From the NCBI RefSeq assembly GCF_037042905.1, contig NC_087251.1, positions 4,838,001 through 4,902,000 on the forward strand: a DNA stretch of 64,000 bases. Reading direction: 5' to 3'. A model generated the notes under the pieces. It was not told where the DNA came from, did not search any database, and saw nothing but the letters and a program-made list of their open reading frames with translations. The translations under genes were made by a program, and so were the position numbers. Origin of the DNA: Lytechinus pictus. Its lineage: Eukaryota. Below are positions 49,077 through 62,526 of the stretch, in pieces. Within the stretch, counting starts at the first letter, position 1. Every line of letters begins with the position of its first letter.

Positions 49077-49979
49077 GTCAGTGTTCATAACCCTTTTGTC
49101 ACACAAGAATGATTCGTACATTCAATGATACACAAATCATGGTCTGCTGCAAAGATAAGCTAAATAATATTTCTATAGGCCTGAGTGTTTTATGCTAAAA
49201 TACCAGAATCTGTCCAATGCGATCTGAGTTCTGGCAAAGTCTTTCCAATTCTTGTCTGATGAAACAAACGACAGCAACATCATTAGGCCAATAAAGTCTA
49301 TCTGAGAGTAAAATATTTGGTACCAGTATTTGTTTTAATTTAACAGGGATGTACGTCTTGGAAACATTTCAGGATTTTTATGTGAATTTTTTGCAAAGGT
49401 GCAACTTGTGCACACTTGCTCTTCCACATGTTTAAAGACCTATAATATAAATATGTTAGGAGATATGCATGTTCTGATATACATTTCAGAGTTCAGACAA
49501 CAATTAGAAATATGATTAAGAGATTGCATTGTTCATCTGAATAGTCACAGAAAATTGTTTTTTAAGGAAAGATTCCATCGCAATTGATATTCATGCTGAG
49601 CCTGAGCAGCTGAAATGACTCATGTATGTGTGTGCTGACTATGATCTATGGCATGAGGACATGACACATGCACAATGTCTTGAAATGACATGAATTTATA
49701 CCAGGTTACTATGGTGACCTACAATTCTAAAACTCCTTATTGTAGAATAAGTGATTTTGGATGAGGAGGTGCTACATGCTATTATCTTGCTTCATGATTT
49801 CATTGATGATAGTGTGGAAATCAAAGGGATTCCTGGATGTGGCCGAGACTAGGCATTGAGCAGTGATTTATTAAAAGCAATATTTTTTTTTCTCTCCCTG
49901 TTTATGACACATGCATGCTCTCCAATCTGTTACTCTCCATGAATTTTGCATTCATCTGGCCTTTTTTTCTCTCTTTCAG

Positions 49980-50084
49980 ATGGCAAGAGATCCTCGGTTT
50001 GATGATCTGTCTGGAGATTTCAGGGAAGAAACATTTGAAAAGAATTATCAATTTCTTTCTGACATCAAGGAAAGGGAGAAAGGG
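49980..50084 (+). CDS. RRP36: RRP36 exon (MARDPRFDDLSGDFREETFEKNYQFLSDIKEREKG)
   Basis: RDPRFDDLSG...Y.FL.DI hallmark of RRP36 (DUF947). AG/GT boundaries. Confidence 0.95.
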
Positions 50085-50551
50085 GTGAGCATACAATTAA
50101 AGGGCCCCGTCCCCTGTTTTCAACAGCTTTAATACCAAATTTATTTTATCGTTTTTTTCATACCTTAACCAATGAATGTGGAGTTAGCTGAATACCTTGG
50201 TAAAGAACCTTTCCCGAGGCGTGTAACAGAAAGAGTGGCACTTTTGCTTTTTTGTATTCTCTGTGACAGTTGTGCCCCTCCTTCAGCTTATAGGCTCTTA
50301 CTAGACATATCACGGGGGCTCATTGCTCGAAAATTAAGTTAGGGTTAAGTCTTTATTGTACAGATTGGTGTGAACTGGCCAGAAGGAAAAGCAATTATTT
50401 TCAAAATTACTTTCAAAGATTAAATACATGTATGTGACACAAAGACAGACTTATGATAATTCACATAAAAATGTTGGTAGTGGAATGTTTTGTGTATAAT
50501 AATCATCATTATGATTGTATTTTTCCTCTTTTTTGATCTAATATTGTATAG

Positions 50552-50626
50552 GAATTGGAGAAATCAATGAAGGAAACTGATGATCCTCAGAAGCAACTCA
50601 AGATTCAAAGATATCTCTATAAATTG
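50552..50626 (+). CDS. RRP36: RRP36 exon (ELEKSMKETDDPQKQLKIQRYLYKL)
   Basis: TAG|...TTG|GTGAGT, 75 nt, phase 0/0. Confidence 0.9.
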
Positions 50627-50701
50627 GTGAGTTGGATTTTCTTCCTTTGGTTGTCCATTTAATTCTCAACCGTGATTCTCAACCATGAGTGCGATTGATG
50701 G

Positions 50702-50998
50702 CAGGGTTCCCACAGTCATGGAAAATCCTGGAAATATTTGTGGTCATGGAAAGTCAGGGAATTTGGAAAATTTGTGGAAAGTCATGGAATTGCATTTACC
50801 TCTTGGCGATGGCAGCTTTCTAGTTTGTCGTGTCTCGCAACTCTCATACTCTGTGATCATACTCTGCTATTACAATTGGTGTTCATGATTTCCATTTTTC
50901 CCAGTTTTGTGACATCCCAAATTCTACATAACTCCTGGGATGTCATGGGAGGTCTTGCAAAGCAGCAATTTAATCAAGTAAAAGTCATGGAATTCTGT
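50702..50998. mobile_element. truncated copy of the CAGGGTTCCC MITE
   Basis: High similarity to 36613-36900. Confidence 0.75.
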
Positions 50999-51616
50999 GA
51001 TGGTTATTAGTGAAGCACAAGCTATATGAAATGATATATGCCTTCATAAAAATTTATGTTGGGTTATTTGTTGAATTTACCATGTTGTAGTATGCATGCA
51101 GGGAACTAGTTTAGACATGGCTTTGTCTTGGCAATATAATTAAGAAAATGTTCTGAGTTCATTTGTAGTCTTTGAAATATAAATTTTGACTTAACTCTTA
51201 ATTTTCTTTTATATTGTATTTAATCCAGATTGATTCAGATATTTGGATTTCAATAAATATCTGACCAGGCTGAAAGTGATATAGATTTACACTTTATTGA
51301 CATCTCTGCATTGTCAACAAACATTACAGACCTTGTCACCTATCAGAGACAAATCATTTCAAAAAATTATCTTATAAACTGTTTAGACATTGGCTAGAGC
51401 AATTTAAAGTAGTATAATTACCCAATCTGAACTTATTATAAATTGGCTGTAGGAGGGTAGGCTTATGAAGGAAACAAACATAAGAATTGATTATGAGCAA
51501 ACAGATCAAAGAGGTCAAATTAATGCAATACTTGACAAGATGGTGTCATACACTACTTTGTTTTGATGTGGTGTAAGTCCCCCTCTTACTATACAATGTT
51601 ATTCTCATTCGTTTAG

Positions 51617-51734
51617 GAACAACAAGAAAGGGCGAAGAACAAGAAAAACAGTGCCAAGGAGTTGGAAAAGAAGTACATGAGAAAAGAGAAGGAACTAGTC
51701 AAACAAGGAAAGAAACCATTCTTCCTCAAGAAAT
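51617..51734 (+). CDS. RRP36: RRP36 exon (EQQERAK...KQGKKPFFLKK)
   Basis: GKKPFFLKKS motif. TTTAG| ... |GTAAGT. Confidence 0.95.
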
Positions 51735-52386
51735 GTAAGTTGACTGGTGATTATGGATGCATGGCAGTCTACTTGATAGAGCAATATTTTCATTTAACAA
51801 TGAAAGCATGTTGATATATTTTCGTTCTGTAGAAGGGCATTAATCATTGCCAGGTGTAGAGGACCTAGGCCATATGACTCTGTTCATTGATATTTATAAT
51901 AGTCCTGTTCACTGATATGAATTATAATTTATATGTTTGTTATGAAGCTAGTTTGTTTATCTTTGAATCCACACTGTGTGTAATTGGATCGTTTAACAGC
52001 ATGTAGCTTCTATAACAAATATAATGTTTATTTTATTAGTCTTGAATTTATTGCATATTTATGTATAATAATCCCTAGTTGTGGCAATATTATTGAGAAG
52101 GAGTTAAGCCTACAGAGAAGGAAGATTTTCTCTCTTTTTTACCAAGTGATGATTGATATTCTTCTTAAGTGTGTAATGTGCACTGCTGAGGTCTGTCAAT
52201 TTGTACAAGTTCCTATTATAGTGTTGCATTTATGATATTCACTTTAATACAGCAGGGACTTGATAATATACCTGGAATCTTGATGAACAATTTACTGAAA
52301 GCCGATATTAATGACTCCATAAAAGTGGTAACATTGACGTAATTAAAGAATGTTTTCCATGTTTTTTTTTTGTCCCTTTAAAACAG

Positions 52387-52532
52387 CTGACAGGAGAAAG
52401 CTGGAGCTAGCAGAGAAATTCAAAGCACTGAAGAGGAGCGGGAAGGTTGATAACTACCTTGCGAAGCGGCGGAAGAAAAATGCTCAGAAGGACCGGAAAA
52501 AGATGCCTTCCCTTGTTCATGATGATAGCTGA
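52387..52532 (+). CDS. RRP36: RRP36 last coding exon (DRRKLELAEKFKALKRSGKVDNYLAKRRKKNAQKDRKKMP...*)
   Basis: Conserved RRP36 C-terminus, phase-consistent acceptor and TGA stop. Confidence 0.95.
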
Positions 52533-52883
52533 TCACTACTTGGGTTGCTCTGATGGAAGGAGAAGGTTTGTGATTCCTATCCTAACCATGTTGCATGATG
52601 GAATATGATAGAAAAGGACATTGTGAATGAAGGCACTATTCACCAAGTACGGTGCAGTACAGCAATGCATTATTCTAAGACAGCAAGCTCACATGAACTT
52701 TGGAGACCAAGAAACATTTCACAAGATAGAATCTGTATCAGTTGTAAAGATTAGATTAATGTTTGCACTACTTCAAGTTTGTTTCAAGTGGCATTGCAGA
52801 CACCATTGTACACTACCACTTCAATCCAGACATAGTACTTGGGTGCCATGTGATTCTCCCTGTATTCTCTCATCATAGGTATG

Positions 52884-53049
52884 GGGCCTTGCCGCCTGGT
52901 AATAAGACTTACAATTATGGTAACTTTGCGGTTATATCAACTACCATGGTAACAGGGCTCAACAGCCAATCAAAATCAAGGTTTCCATGGTAGTTACCAT
53001 AATGGCAAGGTTAGCGTAGTTGTAAGTCTATATTATATGAAGCAGGTCT
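52884..53049. mobile_element. degenerate palindromic MITE in the RRP36 3' UTR region
   Basis: AGACTTACAATTATGGTAACTTTGC is inverted to GCAAGGTTAGCGTAGTTGTAAGTCT. CAGCCAATCAAAATCAAGG core as in the Harbinger MITEs here. Confidence 0.55.
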
Positions 53050-54252
53050 ATGGTCAGCTTATAATGACCAAGGATGATACTTCAGCATTATCTGTACATT
53101 TGACATCACATGATAGTAAGGTTTCAAGTACATAATCTATTTTAACAAGTTATTGTACTGTAACTGTTATAATACATATCTTAGAAATGAAGGTATTATA
53201 CTTATAATTGTGTAGATGTTATCCAAGATCTATTGCCTTTTATTAACTTCTCTAATTTAAAGGTAGGGGAGAAATTTATTGTACAAATTATGCAAGATTG
53301 CAACATCAGCGCCCAAAGGGTTAAGAATCTGTTTCACTGACGTAAGCATATCTCTATTAATTTCAACATATGATATCATGAATTAACAGATTTTTCACAA
53401 AGTCTCCCACTCTCCTGCTGAAGTCTTGATTTCTCAGTTTTTCTTCTGATTAAGATGTATTTTCATGCTCTCAAAATGCAATTAAAATAATATGTGACAT
53501 TAATCATTGTTGTCTTACTTTTGGCAGCTTTTATATATCACTTCAGTCTGTTTTTTTTTCATTCAAAGTAATCAGTTTCATATTTCAATTCAATTAAATT
53601 CGGTTTGTTATGAAAAGACATTGTAAAACAGTCCGAAGACTGACACATACAAAGTTAACAGAAAAAAAGGAAAAATACATTAAATTATATAATGTACCTA
53701 CGAATTAAAAAAATATAATAAGAACATAAGAGTAAGATTAAATATTGCACTCGAGGTTCTACACATTACAGAAATATCATTAAGGGGGATAATGCTATAT
53801 AAAGAGAAAATAGAATGACCGATAAAAACATATGTATTATGTTGATTGATTTCAATTCAAATTGAGGGAAAAAAAACTGTTGTAAATTATGAAAAAGGAG
53901 GTGAAGGGTGAAGGGAAGAAAACAATGTCATACTTTTACACACAAATTATATACAAACATGAACAAGGGTTGACTGTTAATGACATGGAGTTCAATGGCA
54001 TATACAGAGGCAAATACATAGCAATATCCAATTTCAACATATCACAGAGCAGCATTCAATAATGCTGTGACATGAAGGATCGTTGAGTTCTTGTATCTCT
54101 GAGAATAATGTTATGAGGTTTCCTTTTTCTCAAGCTCAGAACTAGAGCACATAAGTGGATTCATTACATAAGAAATATAATGAATATAATAACCAGATCA
54201 GAAAAGGGGCTAGACTTCTTAATCACCAGATAATAATGATCAGGAACCCCTG

Positions 54253-54397
54253 GGGTCCGTTGCAGAAAGAGTTGCGTTTAAACACAAGTCAAGAAATCAA
54301 TCGCAAGTCCCAAATGCGCGCTGTTGATTGGTTGAAAATCAAGTTGCGCATGATTTTTAGAGTTGAGATTGATTGCAACTCTTTCTGCAACGGGCCC
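54253..54397. mobile_element. Harbinger-type MITE
   Basis: GGGTCCGTTGCAGAAAGAGTTGC / GCAACTCTTTCTGCAACGGGCCC. TSD CTG. Confidence 0.85.
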
Positions 54398-56769
54398 CTG
54401 GGGCAGGGATATTGATTTTAATGTTGTTCATCTGGTATGCTTGTATTATGTAACACAATCTTACGCTACATATGGCTGACCTCACACTTGGAATTATTAT
54501 TATAAAATAAATGTTTCTTTGCATGAGATCAACTACATGAAATTCATATCAAGCAAGCATATAAAAGATGCATCAGGATGATATAAAAATTACCCGTTGT
54601 AGGACTATAGAATATGAAATGTTCAAGATCATACTTTTTGTCAATAAAGAAAACTTAAACTTAAAAGTTTAATAGCAGCTTGTTCTTTTTAGCAATTATG
54701 TTCACCTATATAGTGTTCCTATTCAATCTATGTTATTCTTATGGGATGCATCATTCCCCCTTCCACACCGGCATGATGATGATTACTTTTCACAAAATTT
54801 AGGTTGGGAGGGGGGGAGAAGGAACCTGAATGGGAAGCCTGTGATGTTGTCCTTTAAAAATAAATTTATAATAATTTGTTGTATGCAAGGGTGCATAGGA
54901 ATCTAGCCAGGAATATGGCCATACAAAGATTTTTATTCCCGAGGGGGGAGGGAGACATATTAACAATATTGAAAAAAAAGTGAGAGAGCACAGTGACTGA
55001 ACTTATCTTTAGGGCACTTTTGCTTTTTCTAAAGTAACATTGAAGGATTTTGTGCACACTTCTGGTGAATTTTGTTAAAATATTTAGATAAAAAAATAAG
55101 TTCTCAGAGTTTCTTTTGGGGCAACTACCCCCTGCCTCTATGCTGCATAAATCCATGGTTATAAGTGCTATTTTTGAGAGGGAAACCAGACATTTCATAT
55201 TTGTAATATGATTAATAAATAGGGTGTTGCTAGAAATAGGGTTTGTGACATTACCTTCCAAAATATTAATTTGAATTGTTCATCAGCAAGAGAACCCATC
55301 TACCAAGTGACAAAACTTGCAATTGTAAATAACTTGACTTTATTAACACATAACATGGTAAGCATTACATTTGGCTTATTTAAGTATTGCAAAAAACACA
55401 ATGCAGGCATGAATATTTACATGTATAATGGAATATTGTTCCACACTCCAAAACTTATTCAGAGGGGCACTTACTACGTTTTTCCAAAATGAATTTTGTC
55501 AAGATGACAAGAATAACATTGAAAGGTTACTAGAATTCATGTAAGTTGACCAGAATATAGCTCAGACATATATTGATAGGGAGGGGTGGATGATCTCCAA
55601 AATAATGTATATTTCTGCCATGGATGGTGATGAATTGTATGTTTGAAGAACACTAAAATGTAAGCAAATGTGGCATGCTGTTGAGAAAGAGACAGGGGAG
55701 AAAGATAGAGAGAGAATGAGGGGGATATTAAGAGGGGTTGTAAATGAAGGTATTGAGACTAAGAGTGGAGGAGAATGAACAAGTGAAAAGTTTGTCAGGG
55801 GGGGGGATAGCATTGAACTTTATCACAAGGCCTGTTTCAGTTAGAATCTAATAATAAAGCTTTATCAGCTCAAGAGCAAGCAAAATGCTGCTTTGATCAC
55901 TGGTATATTAATGGGGAGCACCGATTCCCACCCCATTAGTTCCATGATCAATAATAGATAAAAAGGAATGAAAAGGGTTAAGATAAGATGTCAAAATGTA
56001 TCACAAAGTTAGATATCCATTTTAATTAATCCCTCTTTTTCAATGCTTGAAATATCTAATGGGCTGTGGTGCACTGCCCCTGAAGTATTGTATTTGCATG
56101 AAACAGTTACTGTTTTACGTGCCCAATTTGTTTCATTTGTTAGTCTGTACTGAAAGTTCAGCCCCCCCCCCCTTTCAGGCATGCAGCTAGAGAAAAAGGG
56201 GGAAACCCCCTGAATAATGTTTGATTTTTTATTTTCTCCTCATGAAAGTGGGGTTTTAGGGTTATTTGAGATGGTTGTCTTCATGGATGTTTTCTCTTAT
56301 GGGGGGGGGGGGAGTATCTGCACCTACAGCATATTTTGGGGGAATCATCCTCTGGGGTTCTTTACAGGAGGCTGTGGTGTTCATAGTTGGTGGATGATTG
56401 ATGTACAAAATATCAAGTTGTTCTCTGTGAGGTATTTTCATTATTCCTATTAGTTTTATTTCATATATATACTGTATATATAGAAATAGTCTGCTTCAGC
56501 ATATGGAATAAAATAATCATAAATGGTTTAGAAAATGCCGTTGGGGGGGGGGGTCAGTGGTGTAAAGAGCCTAGAATTTTCAGGGGGCAGTCATTGCATA
56601 ATGGGCAAAATTTATAGAAAGTTGCCAGCAAGGGAAGCAAGCAAGCAAAAAATTGACCCTTTTAATACAAAAATCTAATTTCGTGCCATTTTTTGACACG
56701 TTTAAAACTAACTGGGTTCTAAAAGAAACTTATCACACTTTACAAGTGCACTACACAAATTCCACTCAG

Positions 56770-57287
56770 TCAAAATGAACAAAATTTTGACAAAGGCTAG
56801 CTTCAATAAAGTTAACTAAGCACATGTCAATAATTACGAGATTGGTTTAATCACAAAGAGGCTGTAGCCCCTCGAATCAATTGGTACTGGAATCCAAAGT
56901 CACAAAATGGCAAAGGAAAGACCAATGAAAATGAGATGGGATTACACAAACTTACCAATTTATTAAAGTTCACAAATGTTTAATCGATTGCCTCAATAAC
57001 TAAGAAGTTTCAGGAAGTTAAACATTTTAGACACACTTATCGAGGTGAAAGAAGCATAATGCCTGAATGGACTCAATAGCAATTAAGCAAAGAATGACCA
57101 TTTGGTTTAATCCCATGTCATTTCCATTGGTCTTCAGTTTCTTTTGCCATTTTGTCACTTTGGATTCTGGAACTAATTGATTTGAGGGGCTATAGCCTCT
57201 TTGTCATTGAACCAATCTCTTATTTATTAACATGTGCTTAGTAAAGATTATTGAAGCCAGCCTGTGTCAAAATTTTGTTCATTTTAG
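56770..57287. mobile_element. foldback MITE with ~175-bp diverged arms
   Basis: AAAATGAACAAAATTTTGACA...GATGGGATTA is inverted to TAATCCCAT...TGTCAAAATTTTGTTCATTTT. Confidence 0.7.
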
Positions 57288-57441
57288 TTCAGTTTACTCC
57301 AACGATGTAGGACTAAGCCTGTTCATCGATCAAAGTAGAATGTCTTTTGCTGCTCTCCTTCAGACAAAATTAGTTATTTTGACTTAGTGGAATTTGTGTA
57401 GTGTGCTTGTGAAGTTTTTTTGGTTCCCACATATTCCACCA

Positions 57442-57511
57442 TTTTTGTCTCACCTGCATAGCAGAGTGAGACTATAGGCGCCGCTTTTCCGACGGCGGCG
57501 GCGACGGCGAC

Positions 57512-57542
<31 letters not shown>

Positions 57543-58272
57543 GCGGCGTCAACACCAAATCTTAACCTGAGGTTAAGTTTTTGAAATGACAGCATAACTT
57601 AGAAAGTATATGGACCTAGTTCATGAAACTTGGCCATAAGGTTAATCAAGTATTACTGAACATCCTGCCTGAGTTTCATGTCACATGACCAAGGTCAAAG
57701 GTCATTTAGGGTCAATGAACTTAGACCATGTTGGGGGAATCAACATCAAAATCTTAACCTAAGGTTAAGTTTTTGAAATGTCATCATAACTTAGAAAATA
57801 TATGGACCTAGTTCATGAAACTTATACATAAGGTTAATCAAGTATCACTGAACATCCTGCATGAGTTTCACGTCACATGACCAAGGTCAAAGGTCATTTA
57901 GGGTCAATGAACTTTGGCCGAATTGGGGTATTTGTTGAATTACAGCCATAAATTTGAAAGTGTGTTGGTCTAGTTCATAAAACTTGGACATAATAGTAAT
58001 CAAGTATCACTGAACATCCTGTGCGAGTTTCAGGTCACATGATCAAGGTCAAAGGTCATGTAAGGTCAAAGAACTTTGGCCACGTTGGGGGTATTTGTTG
58101 AATTGCCATCATATCTCTATAAGTGTATTGGTCTAGTTCATAAAACGTGGAAATAAGAGTAACCAAGTATCACTGAACATCTTGTGCGAGTTATAGTAGT
58201 TTTCAAAATCAGCACTGCTGCTATATTGAATCGCATGATGCAGGTGAGACGGCCAGAGGCATTCCACTTGTT
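57442..58272 (+). mobile_element. Helentron-associated non-autonomous element, same family as 37126
   Basis: Same subterminal IR and 3' end. Expanded (GGC/GAC)n microsatellite and fewer central repeats. Confidence 0.8.
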
Positions 58273-58630
58273 TTTCCTTTTCTTTCTTTTTTTTTTTTTT
58301 TTTTTAGGGGGGAGGGTCCATAGAGTCCCATCAGGCCCAACATCTGTATGCCAGTGGGGGGAGTCCTTTAGACTAAAGTTTTAAGTATTTGTAAGCTTTA
58401 TTTTTACAACAAGATTTGATCGATCAAAAAAGACTAGATCAATTGTATGATTTAAATATTTACCTGAAAATAAGCAATTTTGAGGCATTTGTTGGTTTTC
58501 ATGGTTATTTCTTATTTTATACACTGTTTTAGTTTTCAATTCTTTTGTTTCAATTTATTTTGTATGTTCTCCACTTATTTTACATCATGAACCTGCCAGA
58601 GTAAGGAAAACTAACAAAAATTATATTTAA

Positions 58631-59222
58631 AGGACATGTCCACCCCATCAAAAAGTTGATTTGAATAAAAAGAGAAAAATCCAACAAGCACAACACTGAA
58701 AATTTCATCAAAATCGGATGTAAAATAAGAAAGTTATGACATTTTAAAGTTTCGCTTAATTTCACAAAACAGTTATATGCACATCCTGGCTGGTATGCAA
58801 ATGAGGAGACTATGACGTCATCCACTCACTATTTCTGTTGTATTATATTATATGAAATATTCTTATTTTCTCCTCATTGTCAAGTGATACAACGATTAAT
58901 TCCTCCATGAACATGTGGAATTAGCATTGTTTAATACTTTATGGTTCAGCTAGTCAAGTTGGTCCTTATTGTCAATCTGTAAAAAATGAAATATTGTATA
59001 ATTCAAACAATAAAAAACAAAAGAAATAGTGAGTGATGGACATCATCGACTGACTCACCTTAATTGTTGTGCATTATCACTGTTTTGTGAAAAATAAGTG
59101 AAACTTTAAAATGTGATAACTTTCTTATTTTACATCCGATTTTGATGACATTTTCAGCATAATGCTTGTTTGAATTTTCTCTATTTATTCAAGTCAGCAT
59201 TTTCCTGGGGTGGACTTGACCT
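58631..59222. mobile_element. TTAA-targeting MITE (Kolobok-type)
   Basis: TTAA|AGGACATGTCCACCCCA ... TGGGGTGGACTTGACCT|TTAA. Confidence 0.85.
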
Positions 59223-59670
59223 TTAAAAGGGCGGGCCTACATACTAACATGAGCATACCCTATAGCTAGATCATCCTGGAATTTCTTCTTTCACTTTATC
59301 TTATTCTATCAATTTCTGAAAGGAATGGTTTCATTTGATAACAATGAAATAAGAATGTTATGAGAAAAAATGATGATCAACGTCTGTATACTTTCATCAT
59401 CATGACATGAGTCATCATCTTGTACTCCCTCCTTTGTCATCATGATCATACTTCATTATAATTCAATTATTTTCGTGGGGTGGGGTGATAACACAGATCA
59501 TCCCTCCCTGAGGCTCCCTCAAAAGACCACCAATTCATTCAAGAGTTCTGTCACACCCCGGGGTCACACCTTTGGGTCAGGGTCACATGGCCAGGCCACA
59601 CCCATCAAAACTGGTATCCCATGAAGCACCACGGTACGGTACGGCCACGGCAACGATTTCGGCGTCCAAA

Positions 59671-59840
59671 ATGGCCGATAAGTCTTCTGCGAACAATCGT
59701 AAATTTCGAATCAAACAACAGCCAAACTTCGTTGCTTCCGCTAGCAGTCCACCAAGTGATCACATGATTGACCAGATTCATCAGATTTCACACCAGACAC
59801 GAGTTAAAATATCAAGCTTGAAGCAAGAAGTTGCAAAGAA
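59671..59840 (+). other. candidate first exon (coding MADKSSANN... or 5' UTR) of a downstream gene
   Basis: CpG-rich patch, CAAAATGGCCG start/YY1-like context, open frame up to an AA|GTGAGT donor. No recognisable protein and no downstream exon found. Confidence 0.35.
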
Positions 59841-60001
59841 GTGAGTAAGATCTCCGACCTCAGCGGAGGAAGAACAGAGAGAGTTGTTTATGTTTGAAGT
59901 GCCTGTGCAGTGCATGCTGTGTACGTACGTGTGTAGCTTTTCGGCAAGCCGCTGCTTCCCGATCCCGCTGGGCCAGGCCTCAACGCTCCATCCATGTATG
60001 G

Positions 60002-60468
60002 GGTATCACAGGCCTAACTCATTCCCCATAGACTCGTGTGTTAAATTGGCATTTTAAAAAATTCATAAAAAATAAGGATGAAATTCGGGGGTCGAATGTT
60101 TACTACCAGTGGATAGGATATATGTCTGGCAATCCATATCTGACCAGAAAAGGGTCCCTCGACCGGCTCATTTTAAAAATAAATTGGCGTGTTTGAAGAT
60201 ATCGTCGGGGGGAGCAGATTCATCACCTCAAACAGCAAAATAGCCCTAATCCTTCCGCCAGTCAAAATATAGTCCGAAATTGGTGATATTTCTTCCCAAT
60301 TTGGGAAAAGGAAGTTCAGTAATTACCAAAAATAGAATCAGTGTTAGATGGACAATCATAATAATTAATACACTTTGTCAATCAGCCATATCAAAATAAA
60401 AAAAATAGCAATGGGTTGGCTCGAATGAATATCTATGGCCTGCCACTAGTGATTAGGCCCGTGTGGCC
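60002..60468 (+). repeat. ~465-bp dispersed element, copy 1
   Basis: Nearly identical to 62064-62526. Imperfect inverted ends GGTATCACAGGCCTAA / TTAGGCCCGTGTGGCC. Confidence 0.85.
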
Positions 60469-60525
60469 TGTATTATATGGCACATGAAGGTTTCTTTTTA
60501 ATTTACCTTCCTGGCTTTTCTTTAA

Positions 60526-61108
60526 AGGAGAATGAAACCCTTGAAACTAGCTGAATCCATATCAAAGAGAAAAATCAAAGAAACATATTGTTGAAAGTTT
60601 GAGGAAGATTGAATGAATAATAAGAAAGTTATGAGCATTTGAATATTGAGATCACTAGTGCCATGTAGATCCTCCCATCGGCAATGCGACCAAGATCTGT
60701 GATATCACACACGTACAACTCCCTCATTACTTTAGTACTTATTTCAGTTATATTCTCACTTTTATAGAGTCTATCACAAGGTTAGGTGTTTTCTTTATGA
60801 GATGACAAGTACAGAGGTTTCACAACATTATATCATTGATGAATCGTTTGTCATATGATTAGAATGAGCAAAAAGAGATGTTTTGGGGTATATTTTCAGT
60901 GTCCGAATGGGAGAGTTGTACGTGTGTGACATCACAGATCTTGGTCGCATTGCCAATGGGAGGATCTCCATAGCATTAGTGATCTCGACATTCAAATGCT
61001 CATAACTCTTTTATTGCTAGTCCTATTTTACTCAAAGTTTTGTTGATCTTATTCTTTGATTTTTCTGCTTTCACAAAAGCTAACTTGCTCCAAGAGTTGC
61101 ATTCTCCT
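60526..61108. mobile_element. TTAA-targeting palindromic MITE, same family as 35766
   Basis: TTAA|AGGAGAATGAAAC ... GTTGCATTCTCCT|TTAA. Confidence 0.85.
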
Positions 61109-62063
61109 TTAACATCTGTACACTCACTTTATCACAAAGAAATGCATGAAATATATAGGGCCTAGATGTGTTATGTAATGACCAATTTTAATGTTACTCC
61201 TAATGTCTAGTGCCCTATGGATTTACACACATCCTACCTGCCTATATGTAGCTCAACAATGGATGCAATGTAGGGCCCAAATCCTATAATGCAAATTGTA
61301 GATATGAATAGTGTGCATATCTGGATTCAAGATCTGCCCACAATATAAATACCAGATTCACATGAGTTAAATTAGATAACAATAAAAAGAAATGAGAATC
61401 CACATACAAGCATACTATACATTCACATCTTCCTATGACAAGGGCCCAAGCCAAGGGATGTAAGAGAGAGAGACAGGGGGTTAGATGGCTTGTATTCTAA
61501 ATGGATTGGGGTTAGTCTGGCTAGAAGTCAGTAAAAGTTGAACAAGATAGCAGTAGCACTCATTCTCAGCCCCCCCCCCCAAAACATACTAACTATGCTT
61601 TTCTCTACCCCCCCCCTCCCTCTTGAATCCACCACTCTTCAGCCAAATTCTAAAGTTTTCTCTTCTCCTTCCCTTCCCCATGAACCAATTTCACAAGTGC
61701 AATTGATGCAAGGCCTATCTAATGTGTACTATATCTTGTGATGGATGCTATAGGCCTACACGATTTACAGCAGCGCTCGTCGGTATACGAAAACACACGA
61801 CAACATGCAACGCAGAGACAAACACACAGCCTACACAGCCTAGCCTAGGTACACAAACACAGAGTTACTAATCACAATTTGTTACCTGTTATACCCCCTA
61901 TGTAGCCTTGTATATAGCCATGAAGTTCAGTTTTGGACCTCTTGATGATTGAAACATGTATACTAGTGAAAGCAATCTGCTACTGAAGAGTTTGGGCCCC
62001 TTTTGGGCAGGTATTTCATCAACTAGGGAATTTCCTTGTAATAGGCTATGGTCAAGGCTTATA

Positions 62064-62526
62064 GGTATCACAGGCCTAACTCATTCCCCATAGACTCGTG
62101 TGTTAAATTGGCATTTTAAAAAATTCATAAAAAATAAGGATGAAATTCGGGGGTCAAATGTTTACTACCAGTGGATAGGATATATGTCTGGCAATCCATA
62201 TCTGACCAGAAAAGGGTCCCTCGACCGGCTCATTTTAAAAATAAATTGGCGTGTTTGAAGACATCGTCGGGGGGAGCAGATTCATCACCTCAAACAGCAA
62301 AATAGCCCTAATCCTTCCGCCAGTCAAAATATAGTCCGAAATTGGTGATATTTCTTCCCAATTTGGGAAAAGGAAGTTCAGTAATTACCAAAAATAGAAT
62401 CAGTGTTAGATGGACAATCATATGCATACACTTTGTCAATCAGCCATATCAAAATAAAAAAAATAGCAATGGGTTGGCTCGAATGAATATCTATGGCCTG
62501 CCACTAGTGATTAGGCCCGTGTGGCC
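62064..62526 (+). repeat. ~465-bp dispersed element, copy 2
   Basis: Direct repeat of 60002-60468. Confidence 0.85.

Noticed and set aside
60002..62526. LTR retrotransposon interpretation of the direct repeats
   Set aside because: No TG...CA ends, PBS, PPT, shared TSD or gag/pol remnant. Each copy has its own inverted ends.
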